DNA from: Candidatus Aminicenantes bacterium
Lineage (GTDB): Bacteria > Acidobacteriota > Aminicenantia > UBA2199
Assembly: GCA_963759765.1 (NCBI GenBank)
Contig: CAVXAL010000002.1
Span: forward strand, 464,228 to 528,227
Reading direction: 5' to 3'
DNA length: 64,000 bases
Shown: one piece after another, positions 46,355 through 55,727 of the stretch
Layout of the letters: each line of letters starts with the position of its first letter
Numbering within the stretch: position 1 is the first letter of the stretch
The notes under the pieces: generated by a model
Told to the model about the DNA's origin: nothing
Database searches by the model: none
What the model saw: only the letters and a program-made list of their open reading frames with translations
Program-made: the position numbers and the translations under genes

Positions 46355-47792
46355 ATGACAAACCATAGCCAAACCATTGTCCTGTTAACGGTTTTTGTCC
46401 CCATTCTCGGTTCGCTGACCATCCCGCTGGCCGGCCTGATATCCAGGCGGGCCCGCTCGGTCTGGGCGGTGACCATCGGCCTGGCCACGGCCGGCTTATC
46501 GCTTCTGCTTATACCCTTTGCTCTGAGCGGCGGTGAACTGGTCTGGCGCTTGCCGATGGCCTTGGGGCTGGATTTTGTCCTGCTGGCCGACGGCCTGGCG
46601 GTATTCATGGCTGCTGTCTCCTCGTTTGTCGGTGCCCTGATCGTCATTTATTCTCTGGGTTACATCGGGCATGAGGAGAACCAAAATGAATACTACCTGA
46701 TGGTCCTGCTCTTCATCGGCGCCATGATGGGACTGGTCTTTTCGGCCAACCTGATTTTCCTCTACCTCTTCTGGGAGATCGCCGCCATCGCCTGCTGGCG
46801 GTTGATCGGTTTTTACCGCAAACCGGAACACGTGATCAAGGCCGACAAGGCTTTTCTGGTTACCTTCTTCGGTGCTGTGGTCATGCTTCTCGGCTTCATC
46901 CAGATCTACGGTCAGACCAATACCTTCGATATCACCGCCATGCGCGGCGTGGTCGTGCCCGGAACCGCTGTGCTGCTGATCCTGGTTGGCATGTTTTCCA
47001 AGTCGGCCACCGCCCCGCTGCACACCTGGCTTCCCGACGCTGGCGTGGCACCAACCACGGTCACGGCCCTGCTCCATGCAGCGGTGCTGGTTAAAATCGG
47101 CGTCTACGCCTACGCCAGGCTCTTCTGCTACACCTTCAAGCTGCCGGCGGGCTGGACCAGCGCCATCCCCATCCTGGCCGTGCTCTCCAGCTTGATTGCG
47201 GCCGGCGCCGCAACGGTGGAAACTGATTTCAAGCGCATTCTGGCCTATTCCACGGTCAGTCAGATCGGCTACATTTTTCTCGGCTTTGCCGCACTCAACC
47301 CCATCGGCATTGCCGGGTCGGCCCTGTTCATTCTGATGCACGGCCTGGCCAAGGCCGGGCTCTTCCTCTGCGCCGGCATTGTCATCCATGCCACTCACCA
47401 GCGTGACATCCGTCAGACTGGGAGGGTTGCTGAGGAGCATGCCGCTGACCGCCCTGGCATTTCTTTTTTGCGCCTTTTCGGTCATCGGCATCCCGCCGTT
47501 TGGTGGTTTTTTCTCCAAGCTGATGGTCATCGTCGGCGCGGTCAAGGCCGGCCAGATCGGGGTGGCGGCCCTGGCCCTGTTTGTCGCCGTGCTGACCATG
47601 TTCTACATGTTCCGCATGTTCAGCGCTGTGTTTCTGGGCGAGGCCAAGACCCCGGCCCGCGAAGGAACCGCTGGCATGGTGGCCGTGGTGGTCATTTTGG
47701 CGATGCTCTCCCTGCTGGCCGGCCTGTTGGTCCGTTACCCGTTAAAATTGGTGGATGTGGCCACTGCTGAAATCCTGAGGTGGATGCCATGA
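46355..47792 (+). pseudogene. MrpD/NuoN-like antiporter subunit, one frame break
   Basis: Proton-conducting membrane transporter motifs (LFWEIAAIACW, SATAPLHTWLPDA, AYSTVSQIGYI). The frames join as ...HATHQRDIRQ|LGGLLRSMPLTALAF if A47417 is ignored. Confidence 0.75.
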
Positions 47793-49651
47793 ACCCCGCG
47801 ATGCTTTTGCTGCCGATTGCCCTGCCTCTGCTACTGGCCCTTTTCTCGTTTGCCCTGCCCGGCCGGGTGCGGCTGGTGCGCGAGCTGGTTTCGGTGCTGG
47901 GCGCTGGCGCGTTGGTCTATATGGGCTTTCTCTTTTTCCGGTCGGGCGAGCTGCTCTATTCTCTGCCCTGGGTCGGTCCGGGCATGGAGTTTGAGCTTCG
48001 GCTCTACCATTTCAGCCAATTCATCTTCTTGGCGCTGACCGGATTTGTTTTTCTGATCACCCTTTATTCCACCGTCAAGATGGCCGCTCATCCGCGCGTC
48101 CGCGAATATTACGGCTATCTTTTCCTGACCGCCGCATTTTCTGCGGGCGCGGTGCTGGCCAATAATTTCCTGCCACTGGTCTTCTTCTGGGAAGGGCTGC
48201 TGCTGACGCTCTACGCGCTCATCACCCTGGGCGGGGCTCAGTCCCACCGCACGGCGGTCAAGAGTTTCATCATCAGCGGTTTCTGCGATTTTTCCATGAT
48301 CCTGGGCATAGCCATTATCTGGCACCTGACCGGAACGTTGCGTCTCTCCCAGGTGTCGCTGGTCCCCCAGGGCCTGGCCGCCGTCAGTTTTGTCCTGATG
48401 ATGATCGGCGCCATCGGCAAGGCCGGGGCCATGCCCTTCCATACCTGGATTCCGGACGCGGCCGTTGACGCGCCGGTCACCGTGATGGCGTACATCCCTG
48501 CTTCGCTGGAGAAGCTGCTGGGCATTTACCTGTTGGCCCGCATTTCTCTCGATTTCTTCAAACTCGAGAAAAACAGCGCCCTGGCCCTGACACTGATGAT
48601 CATCGGTGCTCTGACCATTGTGCTGGCCGTGTTCATGGCCCTGGTTCAGAAGGACTTCAAGCGTTTGCTTTCCTACCACGCGGTTAGCCAGGTCGGCTAC
48701 ATGATCTTGGGGATCGGCACCGCCGTGCCCATCGGCATTGCCGGCGGCATTTTCCACATGATCAACCATGCCATGTACAAGTGCGGTCTGTTCCTGTCGG
48801 CCGGCTCGGTGGAGCTGCGCGCCGGCACGACCGAATTGAAGAAGCTGGGCGGGCTCTGGCGCCAGATGCCGCTGACCGCCTTAAGTTTCGCGATCTGCGC
48901 GGCCGCCATTTCAGGTGTCTGGCCGCTGAACGGCTTCGTGTCCAAAGAGATGGTCTTTCATGGCTCGTATGAGACCGGTTACCCGATATTTACCATTGCC
49001 GCCTGGGTGGGCGCCATTTTCACCTTCGCTTCTTTCCTCAAGGCGGGCCATTCGGTCTTTCTGGGGCCGCGCGCCACGCCAGCGGTTCCGATCAAAGAGA
49101 ACAAGAGCCCGATGACTATCGCCATGCTGACGTTGGCGGGTCTCTGCGTCACTTTCGGCGTCTTCAACCGGCTGCCCCTCAAGCTCTTTATCGAACCGAT
49201 CCTCAAAGGCCATACCCACGGGGAGGCGGTCAATCTCAGCGCCCATGCCCTGGATCTGTTCAACCCGATCGCCCTTATTTCCCTGGGCTGTCTGGTCATT
49301 GCCCTGATCATTCACCTCTACGGTTTCAACAAAAACCAGAAGAAAGCCTATCTGGCGTCTGAGCCTATCCATAACCTGCCACTGTTCAAAACGATCTACC
49401 GCTGGGCCGATGCCCGGGTCTTTGATCTTTATGAACAGGGCATCAAGTTTTTGCAGCTGCTGGCCCGTTTGCTCTTCCGCTTCGTTGACCGCCCCATCGA
49501 TTTCGTCTACGAGAAGATCGTGGTCGGCGTGGGCCGCACCTTCACCGGTATCCTACAGGCGGCGCACAACGGGTTTTACGCCAATTATCTCGCCTGGTCG
49601 GTCGCCGGTTTGGTGGTGCTCGTCTGGATCATCCGCCTGCTGCTCAGATAG
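47780..49651 (+). CDS. NuoL/MrpA-like antiporter subunit
   Basis: 623 aa. FFWEGLLLTLYALI, GAMPFHTWIPDAAVDAPVTVMAYI, SYHAVSQVGYMILGIG. Confidence 0.8.
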   Translation: MDAMNPAMLLLPIALPLLLALFSFALPGRVRLVRELVSVLGAGALVYMGFLFFRSGELLYSLPWVGPGMEFELRLYHFSQFIFLALTGFVFLITLYSTVKMAAHPRVREYYGYLFLTAAFSAGAVLANNFLPLVFFWEGLLLTLYALITLGGAQSHRTAVKSFIISGFCDFSMILGIAIIWHLTGTLRLSQVSLVPQGLAAVSFVLMMIGAIGKAGAMPFHTWIPDAAVDAPVTVMAYIPASLEKLLGIYLLARISLDFFKLEKNSALALTLMIIGALTIVLAVFMALVQKDFKRLLSYHAVSQVGYMILGIGTAVPIGIAGGIFHMINHAMYKCGLFLSAGSVELRAGTTELKKLGGLWRQMPLTALSFAICAAAISGVWPLNGFVSKEMVFHGSYETGYPIFTIAAWVGAIFTFASFLKAGHSVFLGPRATPAVPIKENKSPMTIAMLTLAGLCVTFGVFNRLPLKLFIEPILKGHTHGEAVNLSAHALDLFNPIALISLGCLVIALIIHLYGFNKNQKKAYLASEPIHNLPLFKTIYRWADARVFDLYEQGIKFLQLLARLLFRFVDRPIDFVYEKIVVGVGRTFTGILQAAHNGFYANYLAWSVAGLVVLVWIIRLLLR

Positions 49652-49660
49652 GGAGGCCCC

Positions 49661-51121
49661 ATGATTTTTCTCTTCATCATCATTCCCCTGGTCGTGGCCA
49701 GCGTCATGCCCCTGCTGGGCAGAATATCCAAGCGCGTCCTGCCCGACTTAATCGGCAACCTGACCCTGCTTTTCCTGCTGGTCTATTCGGCCTTTATCGC
49801 CCGGGGGCTGATTGCCGGCGGCGGCATCATCCAACAAGCGGTCTGGCTGGGCACACCGCTCAACATCACCCTGCTGCTCGACGGGTTCAGCCTGCTGATG
49901 CTGCTGACCATTTCTCTGGTCAGCCTGGCGGTGGGCCTCTATTCAATCGACTACATGGAACACTACGGTGCCAAGGCCAACTACTACGCCCTGCTGCTGC
50001 TGATGATCGCCGGCATGAACGGCCTGGTGCTGACCAACGACCTGTTCAATGTCTACCTGTTTTTGGAGGTGGCGGCCGTGGCCTCCTACGCCCTGGTGGC
50101 CTTCGGGCTGGGACATGACGAGCTGGAAGCCTCGTTCAAATACCTGATGCTTTCGGCCGTGGCCTCGGCTTTCATCCTGCTGAGCATCGCGTTGATATTC
50201 GGCCTGGTGGGCAGCCTGAACTTCAAGGATGTGGCCGGCGGCCTAGCAACGCTGAACGTCAAATACCTGGTGGGATTATGCAGCGGCTTGTTCCTGATGG
50301 GATTCGGCCTGAAGGCGGCTCTCGTTCCCTTCCATGCCTGGCTGCCCGACGCCCACCCTTCGGCGCCGGCGCCCATCTCGGCGATGCTGTCCGGCGTGCT
50401 GATTAAAGTGTCGGGTATTTATGCCCTGACCCGGATTATACTGAATGTCTTCGGGCTGACTCCGGCCTTGAGCACCGTGCTGATGGGGCTGGGCGTGGTT
50501 TCCATTTTGGTCGGGGCGCTGATCGCCCTGGGCCAAAAAGACATGAAACGGATGCTGGCCTATTCCTCGATCAGCCAGGTCGGCTACGTGGTGCTGGGTA
50601 TCGGGCTGGGCACGCCGCTGGGCATCCTGGGCGGGCTTTTCCACCTGTTCAACCACGCTATATTCAAGGCTCTCCTCTTTTTGAATTCCGGTTCCGTGCA
50701 GCAGGCAACCGGCACCCGTTTGCTCGACCGGATGGGCGGTCTGGCCAAGCGCATGCCCCTGACCGCCGCCACCAGCGCCGTGGGCTCGCTGGCGATTGCA
50801 GGCGTGCCGCCGCTCAACGGCTTCTGGAGCAAACTGATCATCATCATTGCCCTGATCCAGGCCAAGCAGGGCGTGCTGGCGGTTCTGGCCGTCCTGGGTT
50901 CGGTGATCACCCTCTGGTATTACCTGATCCTGCAGCGACGCGCTTTTTTCGGCCAGTTGAACGAGGCCTGGCGTTCGGTCAAGGAGGCGCCCTTCTGGAT
51001 GTCGCTGGCCACCCTGATGCTGGCCCTGCTCTGCATCGCCATCGGCCTGCTTTACCCCCTGCTCATCCGTTCCTGGCTGAAGCCGGCCGCGGATGTGCTG
51101 GCCGGGGTTTTTGGATTTTAG
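49661..51121 (+). CDS. MrpD/NuoM-like antiporter subunit
   Basis: 486 aa. FLEVAAVASYALV, ALVPFHAWLPDAHPSAPAPISAMLSG, AYSSISQVGYVVLGIG. Confidence 0.8.
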   Translation: MIFLFIIIPLVVASVMPLLGRISKRVLPDLIGNLTLLFLLVYSAFIARGLIAGGGIIQQAVWLGTPLNITLLLDGFSLLMLLTISLVSLAVGLYSIDYMEHYGAKANYYALLLLMIAGMNGLVLTNDLFNVYLFLEVAAVASYALVAFGLGHDELEASFKYLMLSAVASAFILLSIALIFGLVGSLNFKDVAGGLATLNVKYLVGLCSGLFLMGFGLKAALVPFHAWLPDAHPSAPAPISAMLSGVLIKVSGIYALTRIILNVFGLTPALSTVLMGLGVVSILVGALIALGQKDMKRMLAYSSISQVGYVVLGIGLGTPLGILGGLFHLFNHAIFKALLFLNSGSVQQATGTRLLDRMGGLAKRMPLTAATSAVGSLAIAGVPPLNGFWSKLIIIIALIQAKQGVLAVLAVLGSVITLWYYLILQRRAFFGQLNEAWRSVKEAPFWMSLATLMLALLCIAIGLLYPLLIRSWLKPAADVLAGVFGF

Positions 51122-51130
51122 GAGACGCGC

Positions 51131-51604
51131 ATGCACCTCTTTCTGCTCATCGCCTTGATCGTCTTTTGCGGCCTGGCCGTGCTGCTGCGCGACCTGCTAA
51201 AGGCCGCCATCTGTCTGGCCGTGGCCAGCATCTTCCTGGCTCTGATTTTTTTCCGGCTGAACGGGCCCTATGTCGGGGTGTTTGAGATTTCCGTGGTGGC
51301 TGGATTGATCACCGTGCTGTTCATCACCGCCATCACCCTGACCCGCGCCGAGGGCGGCGTGCACGAGGCCCGCTGGCCGCTCTGGCTTTTTCCCCTGTTC
51401 TTTGTGGCGCTGTTGCTGGCCGATGTAGCAGTGATGCACAAACTCTTCAGCCAGCTGCCCGCCTTGAACCAGTCGACCGCCGGCACATTCGGCGAGGTGC
51501 TCTGGAACCGGCGTACCTTTGACCTGATCGGCCAGGTCGGCGTCATTTTTGCCGGCGTGTTCGCTGTCCTGGCCCTGTTCCGCAAGGGGGGGACGCATGA
51601 GTAA
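51131..51604 (+). CDS. MbhD/MnhB-like membrane subunit
   Basis: 157 aa with four predicted TM helices. Position and pattern (AAICLAVASIFLALIFFRLNGPYVGVFEISVVAGLITVLF) fit the DUF4040/MnhB type. Confidence 0.6.
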   Translation: MHLFLLIALIVFCGLAVLLRDLLKAAICLAVASIFLALIFFRLNGPYVGVFEISVVAGLITVLFITAITLTRAEGGVHEARWPLWLFPLFFVALLLADVAVMHKLFSQLPALNQSTAGTFGEVLWNRRTFDLIGQVGVIFAGVFAVLALFRKGGTHE

Positions 51605-51905
51605 TTTCTGGTTGTTGCATATGGGGTTCGTGGTGCTGCTCGTGGCCGTCGGCCTTTATTGCCTGCTGACCATGAAGAACATGCTCAAGCTGCTTATCGG
51701 TGTGGAAATCATCGTCAAGGGAGTCACCCTGGCCCTGCTGGCCACCGGTTTCGACCGCCAGAACGTCGCGGTCGCGCAAGCTCTGGCCATCACCGTGATC
51801 GTCGTGGAAGTCAGCGTGGTGGCCACGGCCCTGGCCATCGTCATCAACATCTACCGGCACACCCACAGCCTGGATGTGCGCAAACTGACCAAACTGAAGG
51901 GATAA
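51597..51905 (+). CDS. MnhC/NuoK-like membrane subunit
   Basis: MSNFWLLHMGFVVLLVAVGLYCLLTMKNMLKLLIGVEIIVKGVTLALL...AQALAITVIVVEVSVVATALAIV. Confidence 0.75.
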   Translation: MSNFWLLHMGFVVLLVAVGLYCLLTMKNMLKLLIGVEIIVKGVTLALLATGFDRQNVAVAQALAITVIVVEVSVVATALAIVINIYRHTHSLDVRKLTKLKG

Positions 51906-51908
51906 GCC

Positions 51909-52244
51909 ATGAAACCATTGACCGATATACTCCTGTCGCCGCCCGTGGCATTCATCGTTTTCCTGCTGCTTTTCTTTGTGGTCTACCTGCTGGCAGGCCG
52001 AATGGCCCCCAAGGCCCAGGCAGTGGGCGGAAAATTGAAAACCTACGCCTGCGGTGAGGATATCCCCGGCTACAAGATGCAGTTCGGCTACCGGCTCTTT
52101 TTCTTTATCGCCCTGTTTTTTACTATGATGCACGTGGCCGCCCTGGTGGTGGCCACCCTGCCCAAGGGCCCGGTGGTCTACTTCGGCATCTTCTACCTGG
52201 GCATGATCTTCCTCTCCGTGCTGGCGTTGATCACCAAGGATTAA
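51909..52244 (+). CDS. small membrane subunit (NuoA/MbhI-like)
   Basis: 111 aa with three predicted TM helices and YACGEDIP. Assigned by its position between the antiporter and hydrogenase modules. Confidence 0.5.
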   Translation: MKPLTDILLSPPVAFIVFLLLFFVVYLLAGRMAPKAQAVGGKLKTYACGEDIPGYKMQFGYRLFFFIALFFTMMHVAALVVATLPKGPVVYFGIFYLGMIFLSVLALITKD

Positions 52245-52245
52245 C

Positions 52246-52665
52246 ATGCTGCAACGATTGGTACACTGGTCGCGCGTCAAATCCCCTGGGTCCTGCACCT
52301 GAACACCGGCGCCTGCAACGCCTGCGACATTGAGATTCTGGCGGCGTTGATGCCCCGCTTCGACCTCGAGCGTTTCGGCATCCTGCTCAAAGGCACTCCC
52401 CGCCACGCCGATGTCATCCTCTGCACCGGTCCGATCACCCGCCAGAACCGGGACCGGGTCGTGCGCATCTGCGAGCAGGTCCCCGACCCCAAGTTCGTCG
52501 TGGCGGTCGGCGCCTGCGCCATGTCCGGCTGCGTCTACCGCGGTGCCTACAACATCATGGGCGGCATCGACCAGGTGCTGCCGGTGCAACGCCTATATTC
52601 CCGGCTGCCCCATCCGCCCCGATGCCTTGATTGACGGGGTGGTCAAGCTCCTCAAATCCATCTGA
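52246..52665 (+). pseudogene. hydrogenase small subunit, NuoB/MbhJ-like, two frame breaks
   Basis: Re-threaded: MLQRLVHWSRVKSP|WVLHLNTGACNACDIEILAALMPRFDLERFG...GTPRHADVILCTGPITRQ...VVAVGACAMSG...GGIDQVLPV|.YIPGCPIRPDALIDGVVKLLKSI. Breaks at 52283-52286 (CCCC) and about 52587. Confidence 0.75.
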
Positions 52666-52669
52666 GAGG

Positions 52670-53146
52670 ATGTCGATGAACGTGGAAGAGATCATCGCCA
52701 AAACCAAGGAACACCTGCAAGCCAAGGCGTTGGAGATCACGAATCCGGCGCCGCGGCGGATTTTCGTCACCGTTGACCGCAGCGACCTGGTGGAAACGGT
52801 CCGCTTCCTGCGCGACCGGCTGGGGTTTTACCATCTGGCCACAATTACCGGCGTGGACCTGGGCGACCAGTTCGAGCTGCTTTACCACCTGGCCAACAGC
52901 CAGGCCAACCTGAACCTGCGCCTGCGCACGCCGCGCAGCGCCCCCCGGGTGCCCAGCATCTGCGCCGTCATTCCCGGCGCCATTCTGTACGAACGAGAGC
53001 TGCAGGACATGTTCGGCATCGTGGTCGAGAACATACCCGACCCCCGGCCTCTGCTGCTGGCCGATGACTGGCCCCAGGGCCAGTATCCCTTGCGCAAGGA
53101 CTGGAAGTGGGAGCGGCCGCCCGAAGTCATCCCCGGAGGCAAATAA
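52670..53146 (+). CDS. NuoC/MbhK-like subunit
   Basis: LATITGVDLGDQFELLYHL...ILYERELQDMFGIVVENIPDPRPLLLADDWP. Confidence 0.8.
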   Translation: MSMNVEEIIAKTKEHLQAKALEITNPAPRRIFVTVDRSDLVETVRFLRDRLGFYHLATITGVDLGDQFELLYHLANSQANLNLRLRTPRSAPRVPSICAVIPGAILYERELQDMFGIVVENIPDPRPLLLADDWPQGQYPLRKDWKWERPPEVIPGGK

Positions 53147-54352
53147 TGGAATTCAAGATAGCGATAGGCCCCCAGCATCCGGCCCTGCATGAACCAATCA
53201 GCCTGCGCATGACGCTGGACGGCGAGGTGATCAAGGACGCCGATCTGAGACTGGGATACAACCACCGCGGTCTGGAGAAACTGGCCGAAGACCGCACCTA
53301 TGTGCAGAACCTCTACTTGACCGAGCGCATTTGCGGTATCTGTTCGTTCTCCCACCAGACCTGTTACACCCAGGGGGTTGAGAAGCTGATGGAGATCGAG
53401 CCGGCGCGGCGCGGCCTCTACATCCGCACCCTGGTCTGCGAATTGGAACGGGTGCACAGTCACCTGCTCTGGCTGGGCGTGGCCGGGCAGGAAGCCGGCT
53501 TTGAGTCTTTTTTCATGTACACCTGGCGCGACCGCGAAGTGGTGATGGACATTCTGGAGATGATCTCCGGCAACCGCGTCCATTACTCGATGAACATTTT
53601 CGGCGGTGTGCGCCGCGACATCGACGAGCTGCAGAAGAAAAAGATCCTCGATTCCCTGGGCCTGCTCAGAAAGCGTACCGAATATTATTTCAATATCGGT
53701 GCCAGCGAGCCGACCTTTGTGGCCCGCATCTCCGGAGTGGGTAAACTTCCCAGGGAGAAGGCCATCGCCCTGTGTGCCGTGGGCCCGACCCTGCGTGCCT
53801 CCGGCGTGCCCATGGACGTGCGCAAAGACGACCCTTATGCTGTGTATGGCGAAGTGCCCTTTGAAGTCTGCACCGCCGACAGCGGTGACGTGCTGGGCCG
53901 CGTGGTGGTTCGGGTCAAGGAGCTGCTGCAGTCCTACAACATCATCGAGTTTTTGCTCAAGAACCTGCCCGAAGGCCCGGTCAAAGTCAAGTTTCCACGC
54001 AAGGTCAAGCCCAACGAGGTCTTCAGCCGCTACGAGGCACCGCGCGGCGAGAACTGCCACTACATCAAGAGCAACGGTTCGGATAAGCCGGAGCGGCTGA
54101 AGGTGCGGGCGCCGACGCTGGGCAATTATCCGGCGACCATTGAAATGCTCAAGAACGGGTTCATCGCCGATATCCCGTTGATCTTCGCCGCCATCGATCC
54201 CTGCATTTGCTGCGCCGAACGACTGGTGCAAGTGGATAACCCGCGCCAGGGCACGAGCCGCGTCCTGACGCTTCAGCGAGCTGCGGAACATGGCGAACGA
54301 TTTCTACAAACACATCGACCTCAAACACAGGGAATGCGTATGGCCATTTTGA
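53146..54352 (+). pseudogene. group-4 [NiFe]-hydrogenase large subunit (MbhL/EchE-like), one C-terminal frame break
   Basis: Both Ni-Fe ligand motifs are present: RICGICSFSH and DPCICCAER. After ...RVLTLQ the sensible continuation ELRNMANDFYKHIDLKHRECVWPF-stop is in the +1 frame (break at 54274-54278). That stop, at 54350-54352, overlaps the next ATG at 54340. Confidence 0.8.
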
Positions 54353-55319
54353 AGCCGATTCTTTATATCCTGGTGTATCCCGGGTTTGCTATTCCTGCTG
54401 CTTTACTCCACCTTCTGCGAGTGGTTGGACCGCAAGCTGTATGCCCGCATGCAGAACCGCTCGGGCCGCTGCATACCGGCCGCTCCGGCATCCTGCAGCC
54501 GGTGGCCGATTTTATCAAGCTGTTCGCCAAGGAAGACATCGTGCCTGAACTGGCCGACAAAGCGGATGTTCACCGCCCTGCCCGTGTTGGCCCTGGCCAT
54601 CGTCTGCACCGCCGCCATCTACCTGCCGCTCTGGCATTACTCGCCGGCGCTGGTCTCCTTCAACTCCTTCTCCGGGAGACCTGATCGTTGTGGCTTACCT
54701 GCTCGGACTGCCAACGCTGATCTTGTTCTTGGCCGGCTGGCATTCGACCAATCTCTTTTCGACCATCGGCAGCGTGCGCGTGCTGACCATGCTATTCGGC
54801 TACGAGGTGCCCCTGTTGCTGGCGCTGCTCAGCCCGGCCATCATCGCCGACTCCTGGCGGCTGGCCAAAATCGCTCAGCTTTTACCAGGCTAGGCCCCTG
54901 CTGCTGCTGCCCAATCTCCTGGGTTTTTTTATCGCGCTGATCGCCCTGCAGGCCAAGCTGGAGCGCGTGCCCTTCGACATCCCCCATGCCGAGACCGAGA
55001 GTGGTGGGCGGGGCCATTCACCGAATATTCGGGCAAGAAGCTGGCTTTTTTCCGGCTGCTGCGGCGACATCGAGATGGTCGTGGGCAGCGGCCTGATCGC
55101 CGCCGTGTTTCATGGGCGGGTTCCCCGGCGGGCTGCTCTGGGGTCTGCTGCAATTTGTGGTCAAGACCTTGGTCGTCGTCTTCCTGCTGGCCGCCATGCG
55201 CGCCGCCATTTCCCGCATCCGCATCGACCAGATGATCGACTTTTCCTGGCGTTGTCTGGCGCCGCTGGCCGTGCTGCAGCTTCTGATCGCCATTCATCAT
55301 CAAAGGGATGTTACCATGA
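54340..55319 (+). pseudogene. NuoH/MbhM-like membrane subunit, about ten frame breaks
   Basis: The conserved sequence can only be read by hopping frames: MAILKPILYILVYPG|LLFLLLYSTFCEWLDRKLYARMQNRSG|PLHTGRSGILQPVADFIKLFAKEDIVPELADK|RMFTALPVLALAIVCTAAIYLPLWHYSPALVSFNSFSG|DLIVVAYLLGLPTLILFLAGWHSTNLFSTIGSVRVLTMLFGYEVPLLLALLSPAIIADSWRLAKIAQL|YQARPLLLLPNLLGFFIALIALQAKLERVPFDIPHAETE|VVGG|PFTEYSGKKLAFFRLLR|DIEMVVGSGLIAAVF|MGGFPGGLLWGLLQFVVKTLVVVFLLAAMRAAISRIRIDQMIDFSWRCLAPLAVLQLLIA|FIIKGMLP-stop. Confidence 0.7.
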
Positions 55320-55680
55320 GCAACAAGCCTCGCCGCCTTTTTTACCCGAGATTCTGCGCCACCTGTTCAAGAAACCGGCCACCGTCCGCTACCCTTTCGA
55401 AAAGGATGCCGGTAGCCCAAGGATTTTCGGGGCAATCTGGTATTCAATCCGCCCAAGTGCATCGGCTGCATGATCTGCGTCAACGATTGCCCGGCCGAGG
55501 CCATCGACATCATCCGCGTCTCGGAAACGGAGAAAAAATTCAAGATGATCCTGCACAACGACCGCTGCATCCACTGCGCCCAGTGCGTCGATTCATGCCC
55601 GACCAAGACCTATCGAGATGAACGCCGATTTCGAGCTGGCCGCCTTCAGCCGCCACGACCTGAAGATCGAATACAAATAG
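55316..55680 (+). pseudogene. 2x[4Fe-4S] NuoI/MbhN-like subunit, three frame breaks
   Basis: Re-threaded: MSNKPRRLF|LPEILRHLFKKPATVRYPFEKDAGS|PKDFRGNLVFNPPKCIGCMICVNDCPAEAIDIIRVSETEKKFKMILHNDRCIHCAQCVDSCPTKT|IEMNADFELAAFSRHDLKIEYK-stop. Breaks at T6 55338-55343, CCC 55416-55418 and T55611. Confidence 0.7.
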
Positions 55681-55727
55681 GACCTATACCATTTTCCCGC
55701 TTGACGCCAAAATCCAATAAGAATAGT

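Noticed and set aside
53107-54684. 525-aa ORF read as one hydrogenase protein.
   Set aside because: It is a read-through artefact. The large subunit ends in another frame at 54352, and the tail of this ORF is alternately in-frame and out-of-frame NuoH-like sequence.
52246-55680. Programmed ribosomal frameshifting or selenocysteine recoding as an explanation for the broken hydrogenase genes.
   Set aside because: The breaks go in both directions, share no slippery heptamer or downstream structure, and are far too numerous. No in-frame TGA sits at a conserved Cys position.
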